From positions 56,420,001 through 56,484,000 of the forward strand of contig CM126226.1 of assembly GCA_052327205.1 (NCBI GenBank): a stretch of DNA of 64,000 nucleotides. Direction: 5' to 3'. The DNA comes from Somniosus microcephalus (lineage: Eukaryota). Shown piece by piece: positions 38,313 to 50,594 of this stretch. Under the pieces are notes generated by a model. It searched no databases, was not told where the DNA came from, and saw only the letters and a list, made by a program, of their open reading frames with translations. Numbering within the stretch: position 1 is the first letter of the stretch; each line of letters begins with the position of its first letter. The position numbers and the translations under genes are program-made.

Positions 38313-39194
38313 CCCCGGGTGTTTCATTTAGCATTGGAAAGCTCGCTCTTAATTTCTCCTGAAGCACACGTGCCAGAAACAAGCTTAGACTCCGTAGCAC
38401 AATATTGATGTTTACAACTTGTGAATACTTTATAGTTTCAGCTCTGACTGTGAATTGAAGCAGGTGTCTGTGTTTGCAGACAGTGAGTTCCTGTCAGTGA
38501 TGGGATGTTTGGGCTTTATTTATCGGGCCAAAAGCACAAACGTTCGTTACACATTTTAATGATTGAAAAATGCCACCCTGTTCCTACAATTGGACTTGGA
38601 ACCCCAGGCGAGGGAGGGGAAAAGTCAGCTGGCATTCCAGGATTCCTGTGACCTGTGTTGGAAAATGCACGTGCCTGAATCTTGGAGGAAGACGGGATGA
38701 GTCTGGCAGCCATGTTTGAAATGCTTGTCCCGGTCACTGTCGAGGCTTGTGTGCCATTTGGTCAGGCACTGCACTTCTGCCATTGCTAGTGAAACTTTAC
38801 TTCAACAAGAGAGGAGAAAAGAACACAGGAGATAAAAAAAAGTTATTGCATAATGATTAAATAATTAAAACCAGCAAAATTAAATAAATCGACGTTGTTA
38901 TATTATGGCCCTATAATTAATTATATTTTTTCATTGTAGGTATTCTTTGAAGTGAATTATTCATTAATAAAACAAGAACCTTGTGACATATAAAGATTGA
39001 AATATTAGGGAGCTACAAAGACTTGACATTAGTTGTAGCTCATTACAAAATATCATTGAACACAATCTCACTGCTTTAAAAGTACAACTAACTCCCTAGG
39101 GCCACTGGAGCAGCTCATTAAAATTAAATGTAGTTCCTCTTTGTATCTATGCAGTTATTTGACTTCACTATTGTAGAGTTATTAAATGTTAAAT

Positions 39195-40605
39195 CATAGA
39201 GTCATAGGGTCATAACAGCACAGAAGGAGGCCATTCGGCCCATCGAGTCCATGCCGGCTCTCTGTAGAACAATCCAGTCAGTCCCATTCCCCCGCTCTAT
39301 CCCCTAGCCCTGCAAGTTTATTTCCCTCAAGTGCCTATCCAATCTCCCCTTGAAAACATCGAGTGTCTCCGCTTCCACCACTTCCGTCGGCAGCAAGTTC
39401 CAGGTCATCACCACTCGCTGCGTATAAAGGTTTTTCCTCACATCCCCCCTGTATCTCTTGCCCAAAACCTTAAATCTGTGTCCCCTAGTCCTTGTACCAT
39501 CAACTAGTGGGAACAGCCTTTCCCCATCTAGCCTATCCAAACCCGTCATAATCTTGTACACCTCTATCAAATCACCCCTCAACCTCCTTTGCTCTAATGA
39601 AAACAAATCCAGCTTCTCCAACCTGTCCTTGTAGCTAAGATCCCCCATCCCCGGAACCATTCTGGTAAATCTCCTCTGCACCCTCTCAAGGGCCTTCACA
39701 TCCTTCCTAAAGTGTGGTGACCAGAACTGGACACAATACTCCAGTTGTGGCCTAACCAGCGCTTTATAAAAGTTCAGCATAACTTCTCTACTTTTGTACT
39801 CAGTACCTCTATTTATGAAGCCCAAGATCCCATATGCTTTGTTAACCACTCTCTCAATATGTCCTGCCACCTTCAGGGACCTATGCACATTAACTCCCAG
39901 GTCCCTCTGTCCTTGCACACTCTAAAACTGTGCCATTAAGTGTATATTGCCTCTCCCTGTTCCTTCTGCCAAAATGCATCACCTCACACTTCTCTGTATT
40001 AAATTCCATCTGCCACTTGTCTGCCCATTCTGCTAGCCTTTCTATGTCCTGTTGCAGTCGATTGGTATCATCCTCACTGTTTGCCACACCCCCAAGTTTG
40101 GTGTCATCGGCAAATTTAGAAATTCTATTCTGTATTCCAATATCCAGGTCATTCATATATATATAAAAAAAAGCAGTGGCCCCAGCACTGACCCTTGGGG
40201 AATACCACTGTCTACCATCCTCCAGTCTGGAAAAACAGCCTATTACCACAACTCGCTGTTTTCTGTCCTTAAGCCAATTCCTTATCCAAGCTGCCACTGA
40301 CCCACCTATTCCATGAACCTCCATTTTGTTAACCAGCCTTCTATGTGGTACTTTGTCAAACGCCTTCTGAAAATCCATGTAGACAACATCCATTGCATTC
40401 CCTTCATCAATCCTCTCTGTTACTTCATCAAAAAATTCAATTAGATTAGTCAAACACAATATGCCTTTTACAAATCCATGTTGGCTCTCCTTAATTAGCT
40501 TAAACCTCTCCAAGTGCCCGTTAATGTTTTCCTTGATTATTGTTTCTAAAACTTTACCCACCACTGATGTTAAACTGACCGGCCTGTAGTTACTAGAATT
40601 GTCCT
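39195..40605 (-). mobile_element. CR1 LINE, 5'-truncated
   Basis: RT motifs QHGF, YMDFQKAFDKVPH and FADD, frameshifted, with a 3'UTR and tail. Confidence 0.92.
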
Positions 40606-41444
40606 TGCACTCCTGTTAGCTGAACATGGAATGGGATTAACACTTATGTGTTCGTAATTTTACAGAGTCTTAATTAGGATGCATGCTTGATTAGCCAAGA
40701 GTGCAGTGCGATGGCCACAGAGCTGTATACAGCTACAAGTGTTAATCCCATTCCATGTTCAGCTAACAGGAGTGCATGTACAATGGATGAGATTAGAAAG
40801 ATTCCAGAGAGATCCTGAAGCAGGTTTCAACACAGCCATGAAGAAACTAAACGTAGCAGTTTACCATGGACATGGGTGTAAAAAATAACTGGTTGTTGAA
40901 GTAGAGTAATAGCATAACTGCTTGTCCGTAAATTAATGGATTTGAATTTGGGAGCTTATTCCAGATACGGTGGCTCTAAAACCCATGCAGCGGGAGAGCT
41001 GGGAAGCCTAATTTTGCCCGAAATGTTGGTTGGGTCCCAGTTATGGAGGATTTCGCCCTAATTGCACTGCTGTTTAAATTATGTTGGGGCGGATTGGGCA
41101 GATCTTACACCCATCCTTTCACGTCATGGAGGTCTGTATGGGGGTGTTCTGCCCATTACGCCTTTGGCAGACCTCAGCGGACCTTGCGTCAGCTGAGAGC
41201 TGGCATGAATCCCATTAAGACCGTTAGAAAGGGCTGAAACTTTTACCCTCATCGGGTGGATCGGAGCGCAAATGGCCCCATCCTCGGTATTTGGGGTGGT
41301 GGGGTCTCTGGGTTTAGTGGCCAGGGGTTCTCCTCCATTTTACTCATGCCCCCAGGAGTTTCCAGGCCGGTGAATCTTTTTTGTTTTGTGCCCCCTATGA
41401 CTAATGGCTATAATGATGATTCCCGGCAGGTTCTTTATATCATC

Positions 41445-42750
41445 ACAAGATACGTATGGATGAGGAAGGCCATTCGACCGATCTAAATTCATCCATCCAG
41501 CCAACCCTTGCTCACCCCCATTGCTGCATCTTGTTGCTTCTTAAATGATTTCCGAATGTCTCTCTTCACTGCTCTATCTGGAAGTCCATTCCAAGTGTGG
41601 ATCACTGTTTGTGTGAAGAAGAATTTCCTTGAATCAGTCTAAATTTACCTTTTTACTTGTTTGAACATCTGTCCCCTTGGTCAACACTCAATTCAATTTA
41701 AAAGTAGTGTTCCAAATTATTCCCTTTTCAACCATCTTATACAGATAAGATTCCCTCTGAGATACCTCCTCTCCTGACTAAAAAGTCAACATTTGTCCAG
41801 TCTTTCCTCATAACCTAGACCTCTAAAATTAGGGATCAACCTCATGGGTCTTCTCAGCACCTCCTTCAGTGCTTAAATATCTCCCTTATTTCTCAGCAAC
41901 CAGAACTAGATACAGTACTCAGGATATGGTCTGATCAGAACCCTGTACAGTTTGATCACAACTTCCTCTGGTGTATTTACCGTTTTGGTTGTGTAGTTCA
42001 ACAATCTGTTGATGTTGTTGTTTGCTGCTCTGCATTGGTTGGATATGTTGAGCATCGAGTCTACTTATAATCTGAGCCCAATTTCAGTTCCATGCTCAGC
42101 TATTTCCACATCATTCATGGATTATGTGTGTTGCCCATTGTTCCTTCCTATACGTCACACGTATCTGCAACTGGTATCATCTACAAATTTGACCAATTTG
42201 CTTTGAGTTTCTGAATCAACGTCAGTGGCATAAATCAAAAACACTTGTGGTCCCAACATCAAGCCTTTATACCTCTACTCCCAACCGCCCCCCCCCCCCC
42301 CCACACACACACCTCCACACAGTGCTTCCCACCCACTGCAACATAACCCCTCCATCAAACACACACTGGTTTCTATCCTTCAGCTAATTTCTTATCCATT
42401 TCCAAGTATTACCCTGAGAGCCCATAGGTTTAACTTTAACTAGTAACCTTCCTTGCGGAACTTTGTCAAATACCCTTTGGTAGCCTAGGGTTATAATGTG
42501 GTAGAGTTTACTGCAGTCCCCTTAGGTTGTCACTTCCTGAAAAAGTCAAGGAGGTTGATCAGACGGAATCTTCCTCTCCTGAAACCAGGTTGCCTGCTGT
42601 TTACTTGGTTATTGTTGTGCAGATAAGCTTCAGGTTTACCCCTCATCACTAATTCCATTATTTTACATGGGACTAAAGTAAGACTGATGGATCTGTGTCA
42701 GTTTTCTCACTCTTTTTGAATATAGGCACCATCTTAGCCTGTGTCCGAAT
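41445..42750 (-). mobile_element. Old degraded CR1 fragments
   Basis: Degenerate RT and 3'UTR motifs. Confidence 0.6.
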
Positions 42751-44321
42751 TAGAATGAAGAAAAATAAATCGCTCTTTCAGTCAGGAATTGAATGCCAGG
42801 ACACAGTCATTGTTCATTGGCATTACAGATGGTTGCCTTTCCAATTCTTGTAGTTGCCTTGTTTTCCCAACCTGAGTTTGAGAATAATGCATTCCACAGT
42901 TGCTAAGCCATATTCCCAAAATACAAGATAAAGGAATAATGTATATGTTATTCCTTCGTTTAGTTAGTAATGCACGCACATGGAAGCTATTTGAATGTCA
43001 GTAATCAGTGTCAGTCACTCGCATATTCCACTCTGTTGAGTGGAACACTGGCTGGTAGGTATGCAGTTCAGTAACTTTCTCTTTTTCATTATTGTACATT
43101 GAGAAACCCAGGTGATGGGCCAATGCCTACAGTTGAGGACACCACCAAGATAGGAGTGAAGGTAAGCTAAATTAAGAAGTGCCTATTAGGGCCAACACAC
43201 TTGGGGTTTGAAAGGCTGTAGAGAGTAGGAAGGAGTAAAGACTGAAGGAGATAAGGAGTTGCACAGTTTTGAGGTTCCGGCAAAGAATAAATTATTGTAT
43301 GAGACGATGTGATGAGTTATGATTTGACAGTGAAAGACGTAGGAAGAAGGTGTGGTGTATCAAGTATGTCATGTGTCCGATTTAGAGTGAAGGAGGTTGA
43401 TCAGACAGGATCTTCCTCTCCTGAAACCAGGATTGAGATACTTCTGAGAGGGGCCTTGTTGTGCTTCTTGGTGGCCAAGGCAGTGAGTCAGTGGGGAATA
43501 GGTTCAAATTGGTGAGGGATGAATTCAGGACAGGTATTGAGGAAATTCTTCACACAACTCATAAAGCAGAGTTCCAGCGAGAGTGGGATTGCCAAAAGGC
43601 TTGGCCATTTAGGAACCAGCTGTGTGCTGTGACTGGCGGTTGGTCGACACAGGCCTTTCCCTCTGGGTGATGAGCTAAGATTGGATAATTGGTCTTCCTT
43701 GTTTGAATTTACTTTATCAGCCCACATGAAATTCTTGATGTTGGCCGAATCTGGTTTATCAGCAATTTAATGGCCCGAGCTGGAAAGTGATCATTGCCAA
43801 TCCTACCCAGCGCCGTATTCCGTGTGTACCCTGCCCTGGCCATTGGGCTCTAATTGTGCCCAGCACGCAGGCTGCACCCTCACCTTTCACCTACCTCGAT
43901 AGATTCATGTGGCAGCTCCTGTCACTCTAAGAAGTAGTCCTCATGCCGATATTACTGAGGCCCAAAGGTCGACAGGAGAAAGGCTGCAGGTGAACATCTT
44001 CGAGTGGATTTTCCCCATCTGTTGGGCTGCCACGGTTTCGGGCACAGGGGGATCAGGCAAGCAGACTGCAAGCTATTTCTCGACCTATTTCTAAACAGCA
44101 CGATTTTCCACTGGGGATTTTAAATGGGCCAAGTGCTCTCAGAAAATAAATATGCAAGAGCCTCATTAAGCATCTATGCAAATGAATGATAATGACTGTT
44201 TTTGTTTTTGTTTTTGTTTATGCTGGGAACGTGCCTGTAGCTTTTGAAAGAGGTGCGACTGGGAAGGCAATTTATCAGATTTGAGAATTGGGTCCTTAAA
44301 GCTGTGCAGTTCCTGTTGCAC

Positions 44322-44525
44322 GTGAACCTTTCGTCTCGGTGAACCTTTAGTCTCGGTGAACCTTTCGTCTCGGTGAACCTTTAGTCTCGGTGAACCTTTC
44401 GTCTCGGTGAACCTTTCGTCTCGGTGAACCTTTCGTCTCGGTGAACCTTTCGTCTCGGTGAACCTTTCGTCTCGGTGAACCTTTAGTCTTGGTGAACCTT
44501 TAGTCTCGGTGAACCTTTAGTCTCT
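44322..44525. repeat. 17-bp minisatellite (GTGAACCTTT(C/A)GTCTCG), 12 copies
   Basis: Directly visible tandem repeat. Confidence 0.95.
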
Positions 44526-45085
44526 GTGCCTTTTGGATTCCTTTAGCTGCAGTTTTAATTGGCCGTTTGTTTCGCTCCTCGGGTTGACATTTTTTGGTTA
44601 TTTTTGTTTGTTGCTTTTCCGTCACCATCTTACTGGGAGCCGCAATTTTGGTTGTAGCAGATTCCGTGGCTGGATATTTCTCCGTCTATTCCTCTTGCAG
44701 GGAGAGATTGGGAGGAGGAGGAAGTGTTTCTGAGGAAGGGGCAGAGGCAGGTGTGATTACACCTGCGGCCTACTGCTCAAACTCCCCCTGAGCTCAGAAG
44801 CTGATTCTATGGGCCAGAAATTGGGCTCCTTTGCGCCTCCCGTTAGCGCCTCTGGGGGGTGGGGGGGGCGGGGCAGGGCGCTAATGAGGCACAAACAGGT
44901 TTGTGACCGGGCGCGGCGATATCAACGCCTCCGCTAAATTCGGCGGGAGGTTTGCGGCGGGGGTAAGACGTTGCGCGCCGATTTCCTGCGCCCGGAGATC
45001 ATGACATCATTGCCGTGCGCAGCGCCCCAGTAGAAAAATTCCCTCTGGTCCCCTGCTTGTGCGCCCGCCGTTATCAACAACAGGT

Positions 45086-47270
45086 AGAGGAGGCGGCCTT
45101 CGGTCGGGTGTCCCTGGAGGAGGCGGCCTTCGGTCGGGTGTCCCCGGGAGGAGGCTCCCTTCGGTCGGGTGTCCCCGGGAGGAGGCGGCCTTCGGTCGGG
45201 TGTCCCCGGGAGGAGGCGGCCTTCGGTCGGGTGTCCCCGGGAGGAGGCGGCCTTCGGTCGAGTGTCCCCGGGAGGAGGCTCCCTTCGGTCGGGTGTCCCC
45301 GGGAGGAGGCGGCCTTCGGTCGGGTGTCCCCGGGAGGAGGCTCCCTTCAGTCGGGTGTCCCCGGGAGGAGGCGGCCTTCGGTCGGGTGTCCCTGGAGGAG
45401 GCGGCCTTCGGTCGAGTGTCCCCGGGAGGAGGCGGCCTTCGGTCGGGTGTCCCCGGGAGGAGGCGGCCTTCGGTCGAGTGTCCCCGGGAGGAGGCTCCCT
45501 TCGGTCGGGTGTCCCCGGGAGGAGGCGGCCTTCGGTCGGGTGTCCCCGGGAGGAGGCTCCCTTCAGTCGGGTGTCCCCGGGAGGAGGCGGCCTTCGGTCG
45601 GGTGCCCCCAGGAGGAGGCTCCCTTCGGTCGGGTGCCCCCAGGAGGAGGCTCCCTTCGGTCGGGTGTCCCCGGGAGGAGGCTCCCTTCGGTCGGGTTTCC
45701 CCGGGAGGAGGCGGCCTTCGGTCGGGTGTCCCCGGGAGGAGGCTCCCTTCGGTCGGGTGCCCCTGGAGGAGGCTCCCTTCGGTCGGGTGTCCCTGGAGGA
45801 GGCTCCCTTCGGTCGAGTGTCCCCGGGGGGAGGCTCCCTTCGGTCGGGTGTCCCTGGAGGAGGCTCCCTTCGGTCGGGTGTCCCTGGAGGAGGCTCCCTT
45901 CGGTCGGGTGTCCCCGGGAGGAGGCTCCCTTCGGTCGGGTGTCCCCGGGAGGAGGCTCCCTTCGGTCGGGTGTCCCAGGAGGAGGCTCCCTTCGGTCGGG
46001 TGTCCCAGGAGGAGGCTCCCTTCGGTCGGGTGTCCCGGGAGGAGGCTCCCTTCGGTCGGGTGTCCCGGGAGGAGGCTCCCTTCGGTCGGATGTCCCCGGG
46101 AGGAGGCTCCCTTCGGTCGGGTGTCCCGGGAGGAGGCTCCCTTCGGTCGGATGTCCCCGGGAGGAGGCTCCCTTCGGTCGAGTGTCCCCGGGAGGAGGCT
46201 CCCTTCGGTCGAGTGTCCCCGGGAGGAGGCTCCCTTCGGTCGGGTGTCCCAGGAGGAGGCTCCCTTCGGTCGAGTGTCCCCGGGAGGAGGCTCCCTTCGG
46301 TCGGGTGTCCCAGGAGGAGGCTCCCTTCGGTCGGGTGTCCCAGGAGGAGGCTCCCTTCGGTCGGGTGTCCCGGGAGGAGGCTCCCTTCAGTCGGGTGTCC
46401 CGGGAGGAGGCTCCCTTCGGTCGGATGTCCCCGGGAGGAGGCTCCCTTCGGTCGGGTGTCCCCGGGAGGAGGCTCCCTTCGGTCGAGTGTCCCCGGGAGG
46501 AGGCTCCCTTCGGTCGAGTGTCCCCGGGAGGAGGCTCCCTTCGGTCGGGTGTCCCCGGGAGGAGGCGGCCTTCGGTCGGGTGTCCCGGGAGGAGGCTCCC
46601 TTCGTTCGGGTGTCCCGGGAGGAGGCTCCCTTCGGTCGGGTTTCCACGGGAGGAGGCGGCCTTCGGTCGGGTGTCCCCGGGAGGAGGCTCCCTTCGGTCG
46701 AGTGTCCCTGGAGGAGGCTCCCTTCGGTCGGGTGTCCCGGGAGGAGGCTCCCTTCGGTCGGGTGTCCCGGGAGGAGGCGGCCTTCGGTCGGGTGTCCCGG
46801 GAGGAGGCTCCCTTCGGTCGGGTGTCCCGGGAGGAGGCGGCCTTCGGTCGGGTGTCCCCGGGAGGAGGCTCCCTTCAGTCGGGTGTCCCCGGGAGGAGGC
46901 TCCCTTCGGTCGGGCACCCCTGGAGGAGGCTCCCTTCGGTCGAGTGTCCCCGGGAGGAGGCGGCCTTCGGTCGAGTGTCCCCGGGAGGAGGCTCCCTTCG
47001 GTCGGGTGTCCCCTGGAGGAGGCTCCCTTCGGTCGGGTTTCCCCGGGAGGAGGCTCCCTTCGGTCGGGTGTTCCCGGGAGGAGGCGGCCTTCGGTTGGGT
47101 GTCCCGGGAGGAGGCTCCCTTCGGTCGGGTTTCCCCGGGAGGAGGCGGCCTTCGGCCGGGTGTCCCCTGGAGGAGGCTCCCTTCGGTCGGGTTTCCCCGG
47201 GAGGAGGCGGCCTTCGGTCGGGTGTCCCCTGGAGGAGGCTCCCTTCGGTCGGAGGGCCCCTGGAGGAGGC
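45086..47270. repeat. GC-rich 30/31-bp minisatellite (GGAGGAGGC(TC/GG)CCTTCGGTCGGGTGTCCC(C)G), about 70 copies
   Basis: Head-to-tail units without spacers. Confidence 0.97.
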
Positions 47271-47993
47271 GGCGCTATTTAAATGCGTCCACATCTGGTT
47301 TAGTTTTCGTTGGCCAACAATGCTGCGTTGTTAGTTTCACATAAGCAAAGAGGTCTTTTGACCGATTTGAGCGTTGAGCGTTTTGTATTTTAACGAGTGT
47401 TCTTGCGCATAACGAATCTTCAGTTTCATTGAGGGGAGATTTGAAAGTGCAATATTTGGATCCTTTCATGGGGGCTGTACTGGCACTGGACCTCGCCCTC
47501 TAGCGTCAACATCAGAGGCAACTGAGGCACAGAGAAAGAGTGCAACATGTGGCCAGAGGGAGGAGGCCTTACCCACCCAGGGTATTCCAGCAGCAGATCT
47601 CCTGCATCAATCTCACTGAGGACCAGTGTGTTAGAAGGCTCCATTTCAGCAAGGATCTGGTCACAGAACTCTGCCACCTCCTGCAGCCAGACCTCGACCC
47701 TGAGATCAGGTCCACCAGGGCTCTCTCAGTGGTAGTCAAGGTCACCGTCCCCCTCAATTTCTACGCCAGTGGATCATTCCAGTGTGCAACAGGCAACATC
47801 TCCAACATCTCCCAGTTTGCCGTCCATTGCCCCATCTGCCAGGTCACAGATGCTCTGTACAGAAGGAGAAGGGACTACATTTCCTTCCCCATGAGCAGAG
47901 AGAAGCAGCGCGAGCGTGCATGTGGCTTTGCCAGGACCACGGGCTTCCCCATGGTGCAGGGCGCCATTGACTGCACTCACATCACTTTGCGCG

Positions 47994-48247
47994 TGTTGTG
48001 TATGTAACCGTTTACCTTTAAGGGAACTATAGAATGTGACCGTTCGCCTTTAAGAGCACTACTTCAGGGTGGCACTATTTATTGGCTCATGTATACTGTA
48101 ATACCGATAGTGACCACACCAGTATATAAGGGTTGTGATACGTTAACTAGGGCAGAAATCGCCCAGACCTCTGAATAGTAAAGACCTGTTTTATTTGTAC
48201 TTCTAAAGTCTCTGAAGTTATTTACTGCACAACCTACAGACTTTACA
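47994..48247 (+). repeat. 5' LTR
   Basis: TGTTGTG...CTTTACA, with TATATAA and AGTAAA signals. Identical by eye to the 3' LTR. Confidence 0.97.
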
Positions 48248-48248
48248 G

Positions 48249-48258
48249 TGGCGACGAG
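48249..48258 (+). promoter_or_regulatory. Primer-binding site, complementary to the tRNA-Ser(GCU) 3' end
   Basis: TGGCGACGAG lies 1 nt after the LTR and complements ...CUCGUCGCCA. Confidence 0.8.
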
Positions 48259-49082
48259 TCCGATCGTACCCTGCGGCAAGACTAGCCAGTAGCAGAGAGC
48301 TTCAAAAAGAAAACACGAGGCTCCGTCTACTAAAAGTATAGTACTTACTGGAAGCTGGAAGATTAACAGCAAAGCTGCGGCAGCAACAGGCACAGATTAC
48401 CCTGCTACCACATCTTGAGCGAGCCAATCAGCCTAAAACAAGGCGGCCGAAGAGACTGTGAGTAGTTAAAACAAATAAATTTAAAAAAACGGGGTAGAAG
48501 TATTTGGAGGAGAAGGGCAAAGCATTCGGGTCCAACGGCGTCGGGTGACAGCCGGACCGCGGGCAATGTGAGAAGCCGTGCAGCAACCGCTGCCACGAAG
48601 CGCTGAGCCTGCGAGTAGGCGCGGGTGTGTCAGAGCCGAGAGCCGCGCGAGCGGGGGAGCCAGAGCCGAGCGGGAGGCGTTGCAAGCCAGCGATCGCATC
48701 TCCAGATAAGGGCCGAGAGCCGCGAGAGCGATCGGATCTACAGATAAGGGCCGGCAGCCGCTTCGCGATCCAGCGATCGCATTATAGATAAGGACCGCAC
48801 TCGGGCTGACAGACGGCGTCGGGGGACCGGGTGAAGACCGCCAAGCGCGGGAAAACCGCCATTGAAGTGGGCGGGGAGAGCGAGAAGCACGGGAAAGCCG
48901 CCATTTTTCGGGGAAAACCGCGGAAGAAGAAGGAAGAAGCGGGAAACCGCCATCTTGGAAATTATTAAGAATTTCAGAAAAGTAATAAGATTTTTCAGAA
49001 AGGCTGGTGTGTTCTTAAGAAGAGAGAAGAAAATTAATAATAAGTAAAGTAATACTTGTACTGTTCTCAAAAAGAGAAGAAG

Positions 49083-50237
49083 ATGCCTAAGCGAGGAAAT
49101 ATTAATGACTTTAATGCAGAAATAGAAGACTGGGCCACGTATGTGGAACGCATAGAAATATATTGCGTAGCCAACGAAATTGAGGATGACAACAAGGCAA
49201 TAACTTTGTTAAATTCGATGGGAGCAAAAACATACGGGCTTTTGAAACATCTAATAGCACCAGTTAAACCAGTGGACCAGACCTTCGAAGAGATCGTAAC
49301 AGTGTTGAAGGATCACTTGAACCCCACACCGTTGATGCTGGCTGAACGATTTAAATTTTACGCCAGAACCCAGAGGCAAGATGAAAGCAATGCGGAATAC
49401 TTAGTCGAACTGCGTAAGCTAGCGAAATACTGCCAGTTTGGAGGGAATTTGACAGAGGCGCTGCGGGACAAGTTCGTATGCGGCTTGGCCAAAGAAGGAA
49501 CGCAGAAGCGACTTCTGGAAGAAAACGACCTCACACTGGACAGGGCTGTCCTCATAGCTTCATCGCACGAAGCCGCAGCGAAAGGGACGGCGGAAATGCA
49601 GCTAAAGGCGGCGGCACTCGGGGTGGACCAAATTACAACAAGCACTCCCAAATGCTACCGTTGTGGAAAGACAACGCACGACCAGAATCAGTGCTGGTTT
49701 AAGAACCAAGAGTGCAGGAAATGTGGCAAACTGGGTCACATCGCGAAGGTATGCAGGTCCGGAAAGAAGACCAACAAGCAAAGGAAGCCACCACCACAAG
49801 GAAAGTACAACAAGGTGCATCAGGTGGCTGAAAAGAGTTCAGACGAACAAAATTCAGACTCAGACCCAAACAGCCAGGAGCTGGATAGTCTGAGAATCCA
49901 CCATGTGGGTAAAGTAACTGATCTACAGTTGATCTGGGTCACACTAAAAATAGCGGGAGTCCAAGTACGAATGGAGCTGGACACGGGATCAGCTGTATCC
50001 GTCATCAACCAAAAGGACTATCACCGGCTATTCTCTCACATACCCTTAAGAAATACCAAATTCGTATTACAGACATACACGGGGCATCATGTATACCCCC
50101 TGGGAAAAATACGAGTCAAGGTGAGAGATAGGGGTAAAGAACACCCACGAATGTATCTGTACGTACTACCTGAGGGAGGACCACCACTTCTGGGATGGGA
50201 GTGGATCAAGAAAATAGACATGGAATGGCACTACTGA
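49083..50237 (+). CDS. gag: Gag-protease polyprotein, Mag-type
   Basis: EDWATYVERIE, ERFKFYARTQ and LRDKFVCGL motifs. Two CCHC knuckles (CYRCGKTTHDQNQC, CRKCGKLGHIAKVC). Protease LDTGSAVS and PLLGWEW. ATG at 49083. Confidence 0.92.
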   Translation: MPKRGNINDFNAEIEDWATYVERIEIYCVANEIEDDNKAITLLNSMGAKTYGLLKHLIAPVKPVDQTFEEIVTVLKDHLNPTPLMLAERFKFYARTQRQDESNAEYLVELRKLAKYCQFGGNLTEALRDKFVCGLAKEGTQKRLLEENDLTLDRAVLIASSHEAAAKGTAEMQLKAAALGVDQITTSTPKCYRCGKTTHDQNQCWFKNQECRKCGKLGHIAKVCRSGKKTNKQRKPPPQGKYNKVHQVAEKSSDEQNSDSDPNSQELDSLRIHHVGKVTDLQLIWVTLKIAGVQVRMELDTGSAVSVINQKDYHRLFSHIPLRNTKFVLQTYTGHHVYPLGKIRVKVRDRGKEHPRMYLYVLPEGGPPLLGWEWIKKIDMEWHY

Positions 50238-50243
50238 CAAGCA

Positions 50244-50594
50244 ATGACGAGTGAGGACTCGGTGCAGACAAGCAGCTCAGACTCCGAGCCGGAAGACGAT
50301 AAGTCCAGCTTATGTATGAAAAACAAGATTAACATGAACTCACGGACTAAGGTTGGGAAATCGATGGCGTGCATAAAGACAGAGAATTCTGAGTCTGTTC
50401 AAGCTACAGACAGATGCATTACGGAGGAACACCGGGCTAGAACTCAACGTTATGTCAAAGTACAACGACAATTAGAACAGTTGAGTGCCCCGTCTCCTAC
50501 AAGAGATGGAAAAGGTGAAAAAGTTCTGGGACACCGAATGGGAGTCCCTGGAAAGACAACAGAGACAGCCCACTCAAGCAGAGAGCGACCATAG
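50244..50594 (+). CDS. Cargo ORF A (unknown), in frame with gag-protease after a single TGA
   Basis: The sequence reads CAC TAC TGA CAA GCA ATG. The ORF overlaps ORF B. Confidence 0.4.
   Translation: MTSEDSVQTSSSDSEPEDDKSSLCMKNKINMNSRTKVGKSMACIKTENSESVQATDRCITEEHRARTQRYVKVQRQLEQLSAPSPTRDGKGEKVLGHRMGVPGKTTETAHSSRERP

Noticed and set aside
38516-38810. Minus-strand splice acceptor with exon-like sequence
   Set aside because: All frames from the acceptor stop early and no protein was recognised.
45015-47344. Three ORFs of more than 700 aa and a CRISPR-like periodicity
   Set aside because: Stop-free tandem repeat with no unique spacers and no cas genes, in a eukaryotic context.
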